A stretch of 64,000 nt of DNA from Actinomycetota bacterium (GTDB lineage Bacteria; Actinomycetota; Acidimicrobiia; Acidimicrobiales; JAJPHE01): positions 112,241 to 176,240 of the forward strand of contig DAHUYE010000090.1 of the NCBI GenBank assembly GCA_027315345.1, given 5' to 3'. Shown here in pieces: positions 54,484-64,000 of this stretch. Position 1 is the stretch's first letter. Each line of letters begins with the position of its first letter. Under the pieces are notes generated by a model, which was given only the letters and a program-made list of their open reading frames with translations, was not told the DNA's origin and searched no databases. A program made the position numbers and the translations under genes.

Positions 54484-54518
54484 CTCCGGCCGGGCGAAAG
54501 CTCACAGGAGAAGCGCGG

Positions 54519-55001
54519 ATGGGTATCGCAGTCGGAGACGGCATCCCGGATGTAGAGGTGCGCACCATGGGACCGGAGGGCCCGCAGCCGGTGAAGACAG
54601 GCGAGGTGCTCGGCCAGGGCCGGGTGGTTCTCTTTGCCGTACCGGGCGCCTTCACCCCGGGCTGTTCCAAGATCCATCTGCCCGGCTTCGTGCAGCAGGC
54701 TTCCGAACTCAAGGGCAAAGGCGTGGACCGCATCGTCTGCGTGTCGGTCAACGACGCCTGGGTCATGCAGGCCTGGGGCGAGTCCCAGGGCGTCGGGGAC
54801 GACATCGTGATGCTGGCCGACGGAAACGCCGAGTTCACCCGGGCCATGGGCCTGGAGATGGACGGGGCCGGCGCCGGCCTGGGCCTGCGCTCCAAGCGCT
54901 ACGCCGCCATCATCGAAGACGGCAGAGTGACCAGCCTCGAGGTCGAGTCCAAGCCAGGCGTGGACGTCAGTTCCTGCTCGGCCGTGCTGAGCCGGCTCTA
55001 G
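54519..55001 (+). CDS. peroxiredoxin, Prx5-like subfamily
   Basis: ATG 54519 is preceded by AGGAG. Peroxidatic Cys motif VPGAFTPGCS. 160 aa. Confidence 0.9.
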   Translation: MGIAVGDGIPDVEVRTMGPEGPQPVKTGEVLGQGRVVLFAVPGAFTPGCSKIHLPGFVQQASELKGKGVDRIVCVSVNDAWVMQAWGESQGVGDDIVMLADGNAEFTRAMGLEMDGAGAGLGLRSKRYAAIIEDGRVTSLEVESKPGVDVSSCSAVLSRL

Positions 55002-55022
55002 CGCAGACGTCCGGAGCACGAC

Positions 55023-55607
55023 GTGAACGGGTCCGGGGTGCCCATGGGCGGGAAGGGCTTCGACGGCCCGGCCTATCAGTCCCGCTTCGACGCCCTGGCC
55101 CGCCAGGGCCTCGATGTGCACGGGGAGGCCGAGCTGGTGGCCGCCTACGGGCCCGGTTCCGTCCTCGACGCCGGTTGCGGGACAGGCCGGGTGGCCATCG
55201 AGCTGGCCCGCCGCGGCATCGACGTAGTGGGTGTGGACCGGGACCTGTCCATGCTGGCCGAAGCCACCCGGCTCGGCCCGGATCTGGAATGGGTCCAGGC
55301 CGACCTGACCGGGCTCGATCTGGGGCGGGACTTCGAACTGGTCGTCCTGGCCGGCAACGTTCCACTGTTCACCCCGGCCGCCGACCGGGAGGCGATGGTG
55401 CGGGCCTGCGCCCGCCACGTGGCCCCGAACGGCCGGCTGGTGGCCGGGTTCCAGCTGGATCGGGATTACCACCTGGCCGACTACGACGCCGCCTGCACGG
55501 CCGAGGGGCTGCTGGGCGAGGATCGGTGGTCCACCTGGGACCGGGCCCCATTCTCCCCCGGGGGCGGCTACGCCGTGTCGGTGCACCGACGGGCCTCCTC
55601 CCACTAG
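55023..55607 (+). CDS. class I SAM-dependent methyltransferase
   Basis: Motif I VLDAGCGTGRVAIELA and motif II DVVGVD. 194 aa. Confidence 0.85.
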   Translation: MNGSGVPMGGKGFDGPAYQSRFDALARQGLDVHGEAELVAAYGPGSVLDAGCGTGRVAIELARRGIDVVGVDRDLSMLAEATRLGPDLEWVQADLTGLDLGRDFELVVLAGNVPLFTPAADREAMVRACARHVAPNGRLVAGFQLDRDYHLADYDAACTAEGLLGEDRWSTWDRAPFSPGGGYAVSVHRRASSH

Positions 55608-55657
55608 GTTCGGCCCTCGCCGCCGATCCAGCCGGCGGGAAGCAAGGGGGAGGACGG

Positions 55658-56932
55658 ATGGCCGAGGTCAGCGCAGCGGCCCAGGCATGGGTCGAGTCCA
55701 ACTGGGGACCCGACCTGACCTTACGGGAGTGGTGGGGACGCCTGGCCGAGGCCGGCTGGGCCTTTCCCGCCTGGCCGAAGGGCTACGGGGGCCAGGGCCT
55801 GAGCCCGGCCGAGGCCCGGGAGGTCGGTGAGGTGCTGTCCGCCGCCGGGGCGGTGGCCCCGCCCGGAGGGCTCGGACAGATGATGGGGGGACCGGTCATC
55901 ATCGAGCACGGGACCGACGACCAGAAGGACCGCTGGCTTCTGGCCTTGGCCGCCGGCCGGGAGTCGTGGTGCCAGCTCTTCAGCGAGCCCGGGGCCGGCT
56001 CGGACCTGGCCAGTCTCCAGACCCGGGCGGTCCGGGACGGGGACGTGTGGATCGTGAACGGCCAGAAGGTGTGGACCTCGGGAGCGAGGACCGCCGACCG
56101 GGGGATGCTGGTGGCCCGCACCGATCCCGACTCGCCCAAGCACAAAGGCGTCACCTACTTCATCTTCGACATGGACCAACCCGGCGTCGAGGTCAGGCCC
56201 CTCAAGCAGATGGACGGCGGAGCCACCTTCAACGAGGTGTTCTTCACCGACGCCGTCGTGCCCCACGACCAGGTGGTGGGTTCGGTCAACAACGGTTGGA
56301 TGGTGGCGGTGTCGACCCTGGCCTATGAGCGCCAGGGCATCGGTGGGGGCCGCGGCGCGGGCGGAGTCATGGCCGGCGGGCCGGGGGAGAAGAACGGCGC
56401 CCTGGACCGCAAGGTCGGCGAACTGATCCAGGACGGCCAGCGGACCCAGGGCGAGCAGGCGGCCATGATGACGGCCCAATCCTCGGGAGCTCTGGCCGAC
56501 CTGGCCCGCACCTTCGGCCGCCGGGACGATCCGGTCATCCGCCAGCGCCTCATGCGCATGAGGATCCAGTCCGAGACCCATCGGGTCAACGGGGCCCGGG
56601 CCCGGGCCGCCGCCCAGGCCGGCCGCATGCCCGGGCCCGAGGTCTCGACGGGCAAGCTGATCAGTTCCTCCCTGGGGCGCCAGGCCCGTGACCTGAGCCT
56701 GGAGATCGAAGGTCCCCACGGGATGCTGGTCGGGCCGGACGCCCCCGAGGGCGGCCGCTACCAGCAGATGGGTCTGCGGGTTCAGTCCGGCTCCATTGCC
56801 GGGGGCACCGATGAGATCCAGCGCAACATCATCGGCGAGCGGGTGCTGGGCCTGCCCCGTGAGCCTCAGGTCGACCGGGAGCTGCCCTTCCGCGACCTCA
56901 AGGTCGGAACCCAGAAGTCAACCAACCAATGA
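55658..56932 (+). CDS. acyl-CoA dehydrogenase
   Basis: ATG 55658 is preceded by GGGGGAGGA. QLFSEPGAGSDLASLQTRA and WIVNGQKVWTSGA. 424 aa. Confidence 0.9.
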   Translation: MAEVSAAAQAWVESNWGPDLTLREWWGRLAEAGWAFPAWPKGYGGQGLSPAEAREVGEVLSAAGAVAPPGGLGQMMGGPVIIEHGTDDQKDRWLLALAAGRESWCQLFSEPGAGSDLASLQTRAVRDGDVWIVNGQKVWTSGARTADRGMLVARTDPDSPKHKGVTYFIFDMDQPGVEVRPLKQMDGGATFNEVFFTDAVVPHDQVVGSVNNGWMVAVSTLAYERQGIGGGRGAGGVMAGGPGEKNGALDRKVGELIQDGQRTQGEQAAMMTAQSSGALADLARTFGRRDDPVIRQRLMRMRIQSETHRVNGARARAAAQAGRMPGPEVSTGKLISSSLGRQARDLSLEIEGPHGMLVGPDAPEGGRYQQMGLRVQSGSIAGGTDEIQRNIIGERVLGLPREPQVDRELPFRDLKVGTQKSTNQ

Positions 56933-56948
56933 TGAGGAGAACAGGGAT

Positions 56949-57749
56949 ATGAGTCTGGACGGAAAGGTCGCCGTCGTCACCGGGGCCAGCCGGGGGATCG
57001 GGGAGGAGATCGCCAAGCGATTTGCCGCCGACGGAGCGCTGGTGGCGGTCAGCGCCCGCACGGTGGAGGAGGGCGACCATCAGTTCTCCGGCAGCATCTC
57101 CACCACGGTGCGGGCCATCACCGAGGCGGGTGGCCACGCCATCGCCATCCCCGCCGACCTGAGCAAGGCCGAGGATCGGGCCCGTCTGTTGGAGGCGACC
57201 GAGAAGGAACTCGGCCCCATCGACGTCCTGGTCAACAACGCCGCCATCACCTACTTCGAGCCGGTGGACAGCTTCAGCGAGAGTCACTACCGCCTCATGT
57301 TCGAGGTCCAGGTCCGGGCCCCGTTCGAGATGGCCCAGAAGGTGCTGCCCGGCATGCGGGAACGCCAGTCGGGCTGGATCCTCAACATCTCCTCCGGGGC
57401 GGCCCGCCATCCCCAGGGCCCGCCCTACCCGGCCGGGATGAGGGGAGGCACGGTCTACGGGATGTGCAAGGCGGCCCTGGAACGCTTCACCACCGGCCTG
57501 GCCGCCGAGGCCTGGGCCGACGGGATAGCCGTCAACGTCCTGTCCCCCTCGGGGCTGGTGGCCACGCCGGGCGTCGTCCACCACGGCCTCAACCGGGGCG
57601 TGCCCGAGGATCGTCTGGAGCTCCCTCAGGTGATGGCGGCGGCCGCCTACGCCCTCTGTACCGGGGACCGGGCCACCCTGACCGGCAAGGTCACCTACGC
57701 CAAGCCCATCCTGGAGGAGTTGGGCCTGCCCATCCCGACCGGTAAGTAG
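56949..57749 (+). CDS. short-chain dehydrogenase/reductase (SDR)
   Basis: VAVVTGASRGIG, NNAA and YGMCKAAL. 266 aa. Confidence 0.88.
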   Translation: MSLDGKVAVVTGASRGIGEEIAKRFAADGALVAVSARTVEEGDHQFSGSISTTVRAITEAGGHAIAIPADLSKAEDRARLLEATEKELGPIDVLVNNAAITYFEPVDSFSESHYRLMFEVQVRAPFEMAQKVLPGMRERQSGWILNISSGAARHPQGPPYPAGMRGGTVYGMCKAALERFTTGLAAEAWADGIAVNVLSPSGLVATPGVVHHGLNRGVPEDRLELPQVMAAAAYALCTGDRATLTGKVTYAKPILEELGLPIPTGK

Positions 57750-57753
57750 GCCC

Positions 57754-58149
57754 TCAGCCGCCCTGGCGGCCGAGGCGGAGGCGGGCCATGAGATCCTCCT
57801 GCCAGGAGGGGTAGGCCGAGTCCTTCTCGATGACGGCGTCGGCCCCTTCCTCCAGCAGGCGGGGCTGGATGAGGGCGGAGGCCTGACCGGACAGAACGAT
57901 GATGTGGGCGTCGGGAAGCCTCAAGCGCAGCTCCCGGAGGGCGACCTCACCGTCGATCTCCGGAAGGCCGAGATCCAGCACGATGGCATCGGGTGAGAGG
58001 GCGGCAGCCTGGTCCAGGACCTCCTGGCCGTTGGAGGCCACTCCGACCACTTCCAGGCCGTCCTCCAGATCGACCAGCCGGCGGACGAGGTCCCGCATGC
58101 CCTGGTGATCCTCGGCGATCAGTACGCGCTTCGACCCTGACTTGCTCAT
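57754..58149 (-). CDS. stand-alone response-regulator receiver domain protein
   Basis: VLIAEDH and AIVLDLGLPEIDG phospho-acceptor region. 131 aa with no output domain. Confidence 0.88.
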   Translation of the reverse strand: MSKSGSKRVLIAEDHQGMRDLVRRLVDLEDGLEVVGVASNGQEVLDQAAALSPDAIVLDLGLPEIDGEVALRELRLRLPDAHIIVLSGQASALIQPRLLEEGADAVIEKDSAYPSWQEDLMARLRLGRQGG

Positions 58150-58232
58150 CGCTCCCCCTCAGTCTCCGGCCTAGATATTCCCCCGGTCCGGCCCGGACCG
58201 CAACCCCGAGGTCCGGTACCCTGGGGTCGGTG

Positions 58233-59171
58233 ATGGAGGACCTGCTGCTGTTTGCCGGCTCGGCCTCTCGCCAGCTCGGCACGGCCGTGGCCGATTATCT
58301 GGACCTGCCGCTAGGCCGGAGTGAGACCATCCGCTTCTCGGAGGGGAACCTCTTCGTCCGGGTCCAGGAGAACGTCCGGGGCCGAGACGTGTTCATCATC
58401 CAGGGCACCGCCTTCCCCGCCAACGACAACTTCATGGAGTTGTTGTTCTGGATCGACGCCCTCAAGCGGGCCAGCGCCGCTTCGGTGACGGCCGTCATCC
58501 CCTATTTCACCTACGCCAAAGGGGACAAGAAGGACGAGCCCCGGGTGTCCATCCGGGCCCGGGTGTGCGCCGACGCCATCGAGGCGGCCGGGGTGGACCG
58601 GGTGGTCACCATGGACCTGCACGCCCCCCAGGTGGCCGGCTTCTTCAAGGTGCCGGTGGACGACCTTCACGCCCTGCCCGTCCTCTGCGACGCCATCCGG
58701 GCCAAGTCCCTGGAAAATCTGGTGGTGGTGGCCCCCGATGCCGGCTTCGCCAAGAAGGCGCGGATGTGGGCCGACCGCATGCAGGTCCCCCTGGCCATCG
58801 CCGACAAGCGCCGGGTCGACCACAGCGAGAGAGCGGAGGTGACCGAGCTGATGGGCAGCGTGGAGGGCCGCACCGCTCTGATCGTGGACGACTTCACCAT
58901 CTCGGCCGGGACCCTGGTGGACGCGGCCCGGGTGCTGATGGAGCGGGGCGCCTCCTCGGTGTACGCGGCCGTGAGCCACGGTCTGCTGGCGGGCGGGGCG
59001 GCCGAGAAGCTGGAGGCCAGCCCCATCGAGAGGCTGTTCGTGACCGACACGGTCGAGACCCAGCCCATCCCCATGCCGCCCAAAGTCGAAGTGGTGTCGG
59101 TGGCCGGGTTGTTCGGGGAGGCCATCCGCCGCATCGCCTCGCGCGAAAGCATCAGCGTCCTCTTCGAGTAA
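58233..59171 (+). CDS. prs: ribose-phosphate pyrophosphokinase
   Basis: DLHAPQVAGFF and the VVAPDAGFAKKA...LIVDDFTISAGTL PRPP-binding loop. 312 aa. Confidence 0.92.
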   Translation: MEDLLLFAGSASRQLGTAVADYLDLPLGRSETIRFSEGNLFVRVQENVRGRDVFIIQGTAFPANDNFMELLFWIDALKRASAASVTAVIPYFTYAKGDKKDEPRVSIRARVCADAIEAAGVDRVVTMDLHAPQVAGFFKVPVDDLHALPVLCDAIRAKSLENLVVVAPDAGFAKKARMWADRMQVPLAIADKRRVDHSERAEVTELMGSVEGRTALIVDDFTISAGTLVDAARVLMERGASSVYAAVSHGLLAGGAAEKLEASPIERLFVTDTVETQPIPMPPKVEVVSVAGLFGEAIRRIASRESISVLFE

Positions 59172-59183
59172 GCAGTAGCGGCC

Positions 59184-60827
59184 ATGCCCGACTTCTCCTT
59201 CACCGAACTCCTTCCCATCGACCACGCCCACACCGGGACCCCGTGGCGGCTCATAACCGCCGATGGCATCAACACGGTGGAGGCCGCCGGCCGGCGCTTC
59301 CTCCAGGTCGACCCCGAGGTGCTGACCGCCCTGTCCCGGGCCGCCTTCAGGGACATCGCCCATCTCCTCCGGCCCGGCCATCTGGCCCAGCTCCGGGCCA
59401 TCCTGGACGATCCGGAGGCCTCGGCCAACGACCGCTTCGTCGCCCTGGATCTGTTGAAGAACGCCTGCGTGGCCGCTGGCGGGGTCCTGCCTATGTGCCA
59501 GGACACCGGCACCGCCATCGTCAGCGCCCGCAAGGGCGAGCTGGTCCTGACCGGGGGCGGGGACGAGGAAGCCCTCAGCCGGGGTGTCTTCGACGCCTAC
59601 ACCCAGCTCAACCTGCGTTACTCCCAGATGGCGCCCATCACCACCTGGGACGAGGTGAACACCGGCTCCAACCTGCCGGCCCAGATAGAGATCTACGCCA
59701 CCGGCGGCGCCGAGTACGACCTGTTGTTCATGGCCAAGGGGGGCGGGTCGGCCAACAAGAGCCTCGTCTTCCAGGAGACCCGGGCCCTGCTCAGCCCGTC
59801 CAAACTCCTCGACTGGCTGGACGAGAAGCTGCGCACCCTGGGCACGGCCGCCTGCCCGCCCTACCACCTGGCTCTGGTCATCGGGGGCACGTCGGCCGAG
59901 TTCGCCCTCAAGACGGCCAAGTACGCCTCGGCCCGCTATCTCGATTCTCTGCCCACCACCGGGACCCCGTCAGGCCACGGCATAAGGGATGTGGAACTGG
60001 AGGCGGAGGTCCTGGCTCTCACCCAGCGCTTCGGGATCGGGGCCCAGTTTGGGGGGAAGTACTTCTGCCACGATGTCCGGGCCATCCGCCTGCCCCGCCA
60101 CGGCGCCTCGGTGCCGGTGGCTCTGGCCGTGTCCTGCTCGGCCGATCGCCAGGCCTTGGCCCGCATCACCGAGGAGGGAGCCTTCCTCGAGCAGCTGGAG
60201 AACGACCCGGCCCACTACCTGCCCGAGCCGGAGGAGACCGAGCTGGGTTCGGACGTGGTTCGCATCGACCTGGGCCGGCCCATGGAGGAGATCCGGGGCG
60301 AGCTGAGCCGCTATCCGGTCAAGACCCGCCTGTCCCTCAGCGGCCCCATGGTGGTGGCCAGGGACATCGCCCACGCCAAGATCTCCGAGCGCCTCGACGC
60401 CGGGGAGGCCATGCCGTCCTACCTACGCGATCACTGCGTCTATTACGCCGGACCGGCCAAGACCCCGGACGGCTACGTATCCGGCTCTTTCGGGCCCACC
60501 ACGGCCGGACGCATGGACTCCTACGTGGAGCGGTTCCAGGCCGCGGGTGGTTCCTACGTCATGCTGGCCAAGGGCAACCGATCCAAAGCGGTCACCGACG
60601 CCTGCGCCGCATACGGCGGCTTCTATCTCGGTTCCATCGGGGGCCCGGCCGCCCGTCTGGCCCAGGACTGCATCCGCAAAGTCGACGTCCTCGAATATCC
60701 GGAGTTGGGGATGGAGGCGGTTTGGAAGATCGAGGTGGAGGACTTCCCCGCCTTCATCGTGGTGGATGACAAAGGCAACGACTTCTTCCGGGACGTGAGC
60801 ACCCCGGTGCGCATGCGAGCGCGCTAG
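59184..60827 (+). CDS. class I (Fe-S dependent) fumarate hydratase
   Basis: 547 aa. [11 protein letters not shown] and the two-domain alpha/beta layout typical of FumA-type enzymes. Confidence 0.9.
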   Translation: MPDFSFTELLPIDHAHTGTPWRLITADGINTVEAAGRRFLQVDPEVLTALSRAAFRDIAHLLRPGHLAQLRAILDDPEASANDRFVALDLLKNACVAAGGVLPMCQDTGTAIVSARKGELVLTGGGDEEALSRGVFDAYTQLNLRYSQMAPITTWDEVNTGSNLPAQIEIYATGGAEYDLLFMAKGGGSANKSLVFQETRALLSPSKLLDWLDEKLRTLGTAACPPYHLALVIGGTSAEFALKTAKYASARYLDSLPTTGTPSGHGIRDVELEAEVLALTQRFGIGAQFGGKYFCHDVRAIRLPRHGASVPVALAVSCSADRQALARITEEGAFLEQLENDPAHYLPEPEETELGSDVVRIDLGRPMEEIRGELSRYPVKTRLSLSGPMVVARDIAHAKISERLDAGEAMPSYLRDHCVYYAGPAKTPDGYVSGSFGPTTAGRMDSYVERFQAAGGSYVMLAKGNRSKAVTDACAAYGGFYLGSIGGPAARLAQDCIRKVDVLEYPELGMEAVWKIEVEDFPAFIVVDDKGNDFFRDVSTPVRMRAR

Positions 60828-61891
60828 AGCGCTCCGAGGGCCTTGCGGGCCTGTTCGGCCTGGTGGATGACGGCCTGAGCGAAGCCGGCCGCCTGGCTGG
60901 TGTCACCACCCATGGCCCCGGCGGCGTATCGGGCGTATACCCCTTCGATGATGCAGGCCAGGCGCCAGTAGGCGAAGGCGGTGTAATAGGGCAGGTCGGA
61001 GATCTCCCGCCCGGAGCTGGCTGCGTAGCGGGCCGACAGTTCCTCCCGGGTGGGAAAGCCGGGCAGAGCGGTGACCGGCACCACCGGCAGCCCGGCCGAC
61101 TCGGTGCGGTCCGACCAGTAGACGTGGAGGGTTCCGACGTCGGCCAGCGGGTCCCCCAGCGTGCAGAGCTCCCAGTCCAGGACGGCCCGGACCTTGCCCT
61201 CCTCGCCCACCATGGTGTTGTCCAGGCGGTAGTCACCGTGGACCAGGGTGCCCTCCCGCTGGGGTGGGACGCGGGCCAGCAGCGCCTCGTGCACCTCGTC
61301 CACGATGGGAGCGGGCCGGCCGAAACCGCCCTCCTCCTCCTGCCTCTGGGACTGCTGGAACTGGCCGTACCAGCGCTTGAGCTGGCGCTCGATGTAGGAC
61401 TCCCGGCGGCCCAGGTCGCCCAGGCCCACCGCATCGACATCCACGGCGTGGATGGCGGCCAGGACGTCGACCAGGTCGTTGCCCATGGCCCGGCGGGTCT
61501 GCTCGTCCATGAGCTTCTCGGTCTGGCGGCTGTCCCGGAGGATGTGCCCCTCCACGAAGTCCATGACGTAGAAGGGGCGTTCGTTCACCGACTCGTCCTC
61601 ACAGAAGCCGAGGGCAACCGGGACCGGCACCGGCGTGTCCTGCAGGGCCGAGATGATCCGGTGCTCCCGGCCCATGTCATGAGCCGAGGCCAGCACGTGG
61701 CTGATGGGCGGACGGCGCAGGACCATCCGGCGGCCATTGGCGTCGGTGACCTGGAAGGTGAGGTTGGACCGGCCCCCGGCTATGAGCTCGAAGCTCAGCG
61801 GTCCGGCCACACCGTCGATGTTGGCTTCCAGCCACCGGGTGACCGAGTCGGGCGCGACCCCGGCCGGGGCGTCGCCTTCGGTCACGCTCAT
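60824..61891 (-). CDS. phosphotransferase (APH/kinase-fold) family protein, of the kind often linked to acyl-CoA dehydrogenases
   Basis: Start trimmed to ATG 61891 (MSVTEGD). Catalytic loop [10 protein letters not shown] and DWE. ATGA overlap with the upstream SDR. Confidence 0.85.
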   Translation of the reverse strand: MSVTEGDAPAGVAPDSVTRWLEANIDGVAGPLSFELIAGGRSNLTFQVTDANGRRMVLRRPPISHVLASAHDMGREHRIISALQDTPVPVPVALGFCEDESVNERPFYVMDFVEGHILRDSRQTEKLMDEQTRRAMGNDLVDVLAAIHAVDVDAVGLGDLGRRESYIERQLKRWYGQFQQSQRQEEEGGFGRPAPIVDEVHEALLARVPPQREGTLVHGDYRLDNTMVGEEGKVRAVLDWELCTLGDPLADVGTLHVYWSDRTESAGLPVVPVTALPGFPTREELSARYAASSGREISDLPYYTAFAYWRLACIIEGVYARYAAGAMGGDTSQAAGFAQAVIHQAEQARKALGAL

Positions 61892-62715
61892 CGCCCCGCT
61901 CCGGTGATCTGAGCCTGGGAACGGCGCATTCCCTTCAACCACCTCTCCCGGTCCCCGGCCCGGCGCTGCTCGTAGGTGGCCACCTGGGGATGGGGCAGGA
62001 TCAGGAAGCGCTCCTCGGCCATGGCCTCGATGACCAGATCGGCCACCTCCTCGGGACGGACGATGCCGTCCCCCGTGGCCGTGCCCTTGGTGGCGGCCAG
62101 AGCGTCGGGCAGATCGGAGTCGCCTCCCTGGGGGGCGCCGGCCATGCCGGTCCAGACGGCCTGGGGACACAGGCAGGAGACCCGGATGCCCCGGTCCCCG
62201 TAGGTGATGGAGAGCCACTCGGCCAGGGCCACGGCGGCGTGCTTGGTGACGCTGTAGGGAGCCGAACCGAGCTGGGTCAGCAGCCCGGCGGCGGAGGCGG
62301 TGTGGACCAGGTAGCCCTGGCCCCGCTCCAACATGGACGGGAGCACGGCCCGGGCGGCGTAGATGTGGCTCTTGACGTTGACCGCCCAGATCCGGTCCCA
62401 GTCCTCATCGGGGACCTCCGGGCCGCCGGTCACGATGATGCCGGCGTTGGCGCAGAAGATGTCCACCGGCCCGAAGGTGTCGGTGGCCGCCGCTACCAGG
62501 GCGGCCACGTCCCCGGGGTCGGCCACATCCGTCCTTACGGCCAGAGCCTTGGTCCCTCGCCCGGTCAGCTCATCGGCCACCGCCTCGGCGCCGGCGCCGT
62601 CCAGGTCGGACACCACCACCGCCGCCGCCCCCCGTTGGGCGAAGGTGCGGCACAGGGCCCGGCCGATCCCGCTGGCCCCCCCGGTTACGACCGCGACGCG
62701 ATCCTTGACCTCCAC
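61888..62715 (-). CDS. short-chain dehydrogenase/reductase (SDR)
   Basis: GTG 62715 (VEVKDRVAVVTGGASGIG), NAG and YSVTKHAAV. 275 aa. Confidence 0.85.
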   Translation of the reverse strand: MEVKDRVAVVTGGASGIGRALCRTFAQRGAAAVVVSDLDGAGAEAVADELTGRGTKALAVRTDVADPGDVAALVAAATDTFGPVDIFCANAGIIVTGGPEVPDEDWDRIWAVNVKSHIYAARAVLPSMLERGQGYLVHTASAAGLLTQLGSAPYSVTKHAAVALAEWLSITYGDRGIRVSCLCPQAVWTGMAGAPQGGDSDLPDALAATKGTATGDGIVRPEEVADLVIEAMAEERFLILPHPQVATYEQRRAGDRERWLKGMRRSQAQITGAGR

Positions 62716-62729
62716 GGCGTCGCCCCGGC

Positions 62730-64000
62730 CTAGTGCCGACCGGAGCGCTGCATGCCCTGCGCGTACTTCAACAGATCGGGGTCCTTGGCGAAGAGGTCGG
62801 CGTATTTCTTCTGAGCCGCCTCGCGCTTGGCCGGGTAGTACTCGGTGGGCCAAAGTCCCTCATGGGGCCGGTAGTCCTTGAGCACGTTGCGGGCCACGGT
62901 CACCTTGTGAACTTCGTCCACCCCGTCCATGACGCCCATGGTCGGGGAGCCCGCCCACATGGCCTGAAGCGGAGTGAGGTCGGTGGCGCCCAGGGAACCG
63001 AAGATATGGATGGCCCGGTAGGCCACCTCCCGGAGAACCTTGGCGGCGGTGTACTTGCACGCCGCGATCTGGGTGCGGGACGCCTGGGTGCTGGAGTTGT
63101 CGATGGTCCAGGCCGTCCACAGAACCATGAGGCGCAACATGTTGATCTCTGCGTAGGAGTCGGCGATGGCCTGCTGCACCATCTGGTGTTCGGCAATGAG
63201 CTTTCCGTGTGACTCCCGGGACAGCGCCCGCTCGCACATCATGTCGAAGGCCCGCTTGCACTGGGCGATAGCGCGCATGGCATGGTGGATCCGACCTCCG
63301 CCCAGGCGGCGTTGGGCCAGCACCCGGGCACCGTCTTCGGGGCCGAGCAGATGGTCGAGGGGTACCCGCACCTCGTTGTAACGGATGTGGTTGTGGGTGC
63401 TTGGATACTCCATGAACTCGACCCCGGGGGTCTCCCGGGGGACGATGAAGATGCCGTTGGTGCACATGACGAAGAGGAGATCAGCGGCCCGGCCGGCGCT
63501 GGTGAACCACTTCTCACCGTTGATCACCCATTCGCTGCCGTCCTTGACGGCCACCGTCTTGAACATGCTCGGGTCCGACCCGCCGTGGGGCTCGGTCATC
63601 GAATAGGCGGAGAAGATCTCCTGGTTCATGAGGGGCTTGAGCCAACGCTCCTTCTGCTCCTCGGTGCCGTAGGCGGCCAGGATCTCCATGTTCCCGGTGT
63701 CGGGGGCCTGGCAGCCGAACATGGCCGGAGCCAGGCCGTAGCGGCCCAGGATCTCGTTGAGCAGGGCCAGCTTGAGCTGCCCGTAGCCGGGGCCGCCCAG
63801 TTCCTTGTCCAGGAAGACGGCCCACAGGCCGCGGTCTTTGATCTGCTGCTGCAGCGGGTCGACGATGGCCGCCATCTTCGGGTCCCGGGCCCTCAGGCGC
63901 ACCGCCCAGGGAAAGACCAGCTCCAGGGGTTCGATCTCGTCCTTACAGAACTGGGCCACCCAGTCCAGCTGCTCCTGGAACTCTGGGTCAGTAGAGAAAT
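62730..64000 (-). CDS. acyl-CoA dehydrogenase (5' end runs off the window)
   Basis: YSMTEPHGGSDPS and WVINGEKWFTSAG. The frame stays open upstream of the track start (…FSTDPEFQEQLDWVAQFCKDE) to position 64000, so the gene is partial. Confidence 0.88.
   Translation of the reverse strand, partial: FSTDPEFQEQLDWVAQFCKDEIEPLELVFPWAVRLRARDPKMAAIVDPLQQQIKDRGLWAVFLDKELGGPGYGQLKLALLNEILGRYGLAPAMFGCQAPDTGNMEILAAYGTEEQKERWLKPLMNQEIFSAYSMTEPHGGSDPSMFKTVAVKDGSEWVINGEKWFTSAGRAADLLFVMCTNGIFIVPRETPGVEFMEYPSTHNHIRYNEVRVPLDHLLGPEDGARVLAQRRLGGGRIHHAMRAIAQCKRAFDMMCERALSRESHGKLIAEHQMVQQAIADSYAEINMLRLMVLWTAWTIDNSSTQASRTQIAACKYTAAKVLREVAYRAIHIFGSLGATDLTPLQAMWAGSPTMGVMDGVDEVHKVTVARNVLKDYRPHEGLWPTEYYPAKREAAQKKYADLFAKDPDLLKYAQGMQRSGRH

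Overview
This is a very GC-rich (roughly 70% by eye, not computed), gene-dense chromosomal segment. Its gene content points to an actinobacterium: pafB-pafC, cofC plus luciferase-like F420/flavin oxidoreductases, a mycobacterial-type cyclase-STAND-TPR protein, a HelD-type helicase, many ATGA/GTGA start-stop overlaps and several leaderless-looking starts. I call about 58 protein-coding genes from recognisable motifs in the supplied translations; no homology search was possible.

Most genes are core or metabolic:
- Central metabolism: gdh, rnhB, gpsA, serA, prs, class I fumarase.
- Lipid and acyl-CoA enzymes: acyl-CoA dehydrogenases, short-chain dehydrogenases (SDRs), a CoA ligase and a carboxyltransferase.
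- Glycosidases: GH38 and GH20.
- Regulation and export: a two-component system and a DoxX-MarR-ABC exporter operon.

I recognise no rRNA, tRNA, CRISPR array, IS element or integrase.

I do not see a clear novel multi-gene system. The parts that ordinary annotation does not explain are:
1. An isolated MobF relaxase plus a coupling protein with no transmembrane segment (18.4-22.1 kb). The relaxase helicase motifs are degenerate. The pair abuts a PolB-like DEDD exonuclease and pafBC.
2. A (GGGGGATGC)x9 G-quadruplex-type microsatellite, followed by an orphan ~42% GC stretch with a GAAC-N8-GTTC palindrome, in a convergent gene gap (36.4-36.7 kb).
3. An Hc2/H1-like protein made of about 28 A-[RK]-K-x-x pentapeptide repeats, with a fresh 60-bp duplication.
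4. A relic amidase gene.
5. A CoA-transferase with a non-canonical domain order.

The long antisense ORFs in the track are the usual high-GC shadows.
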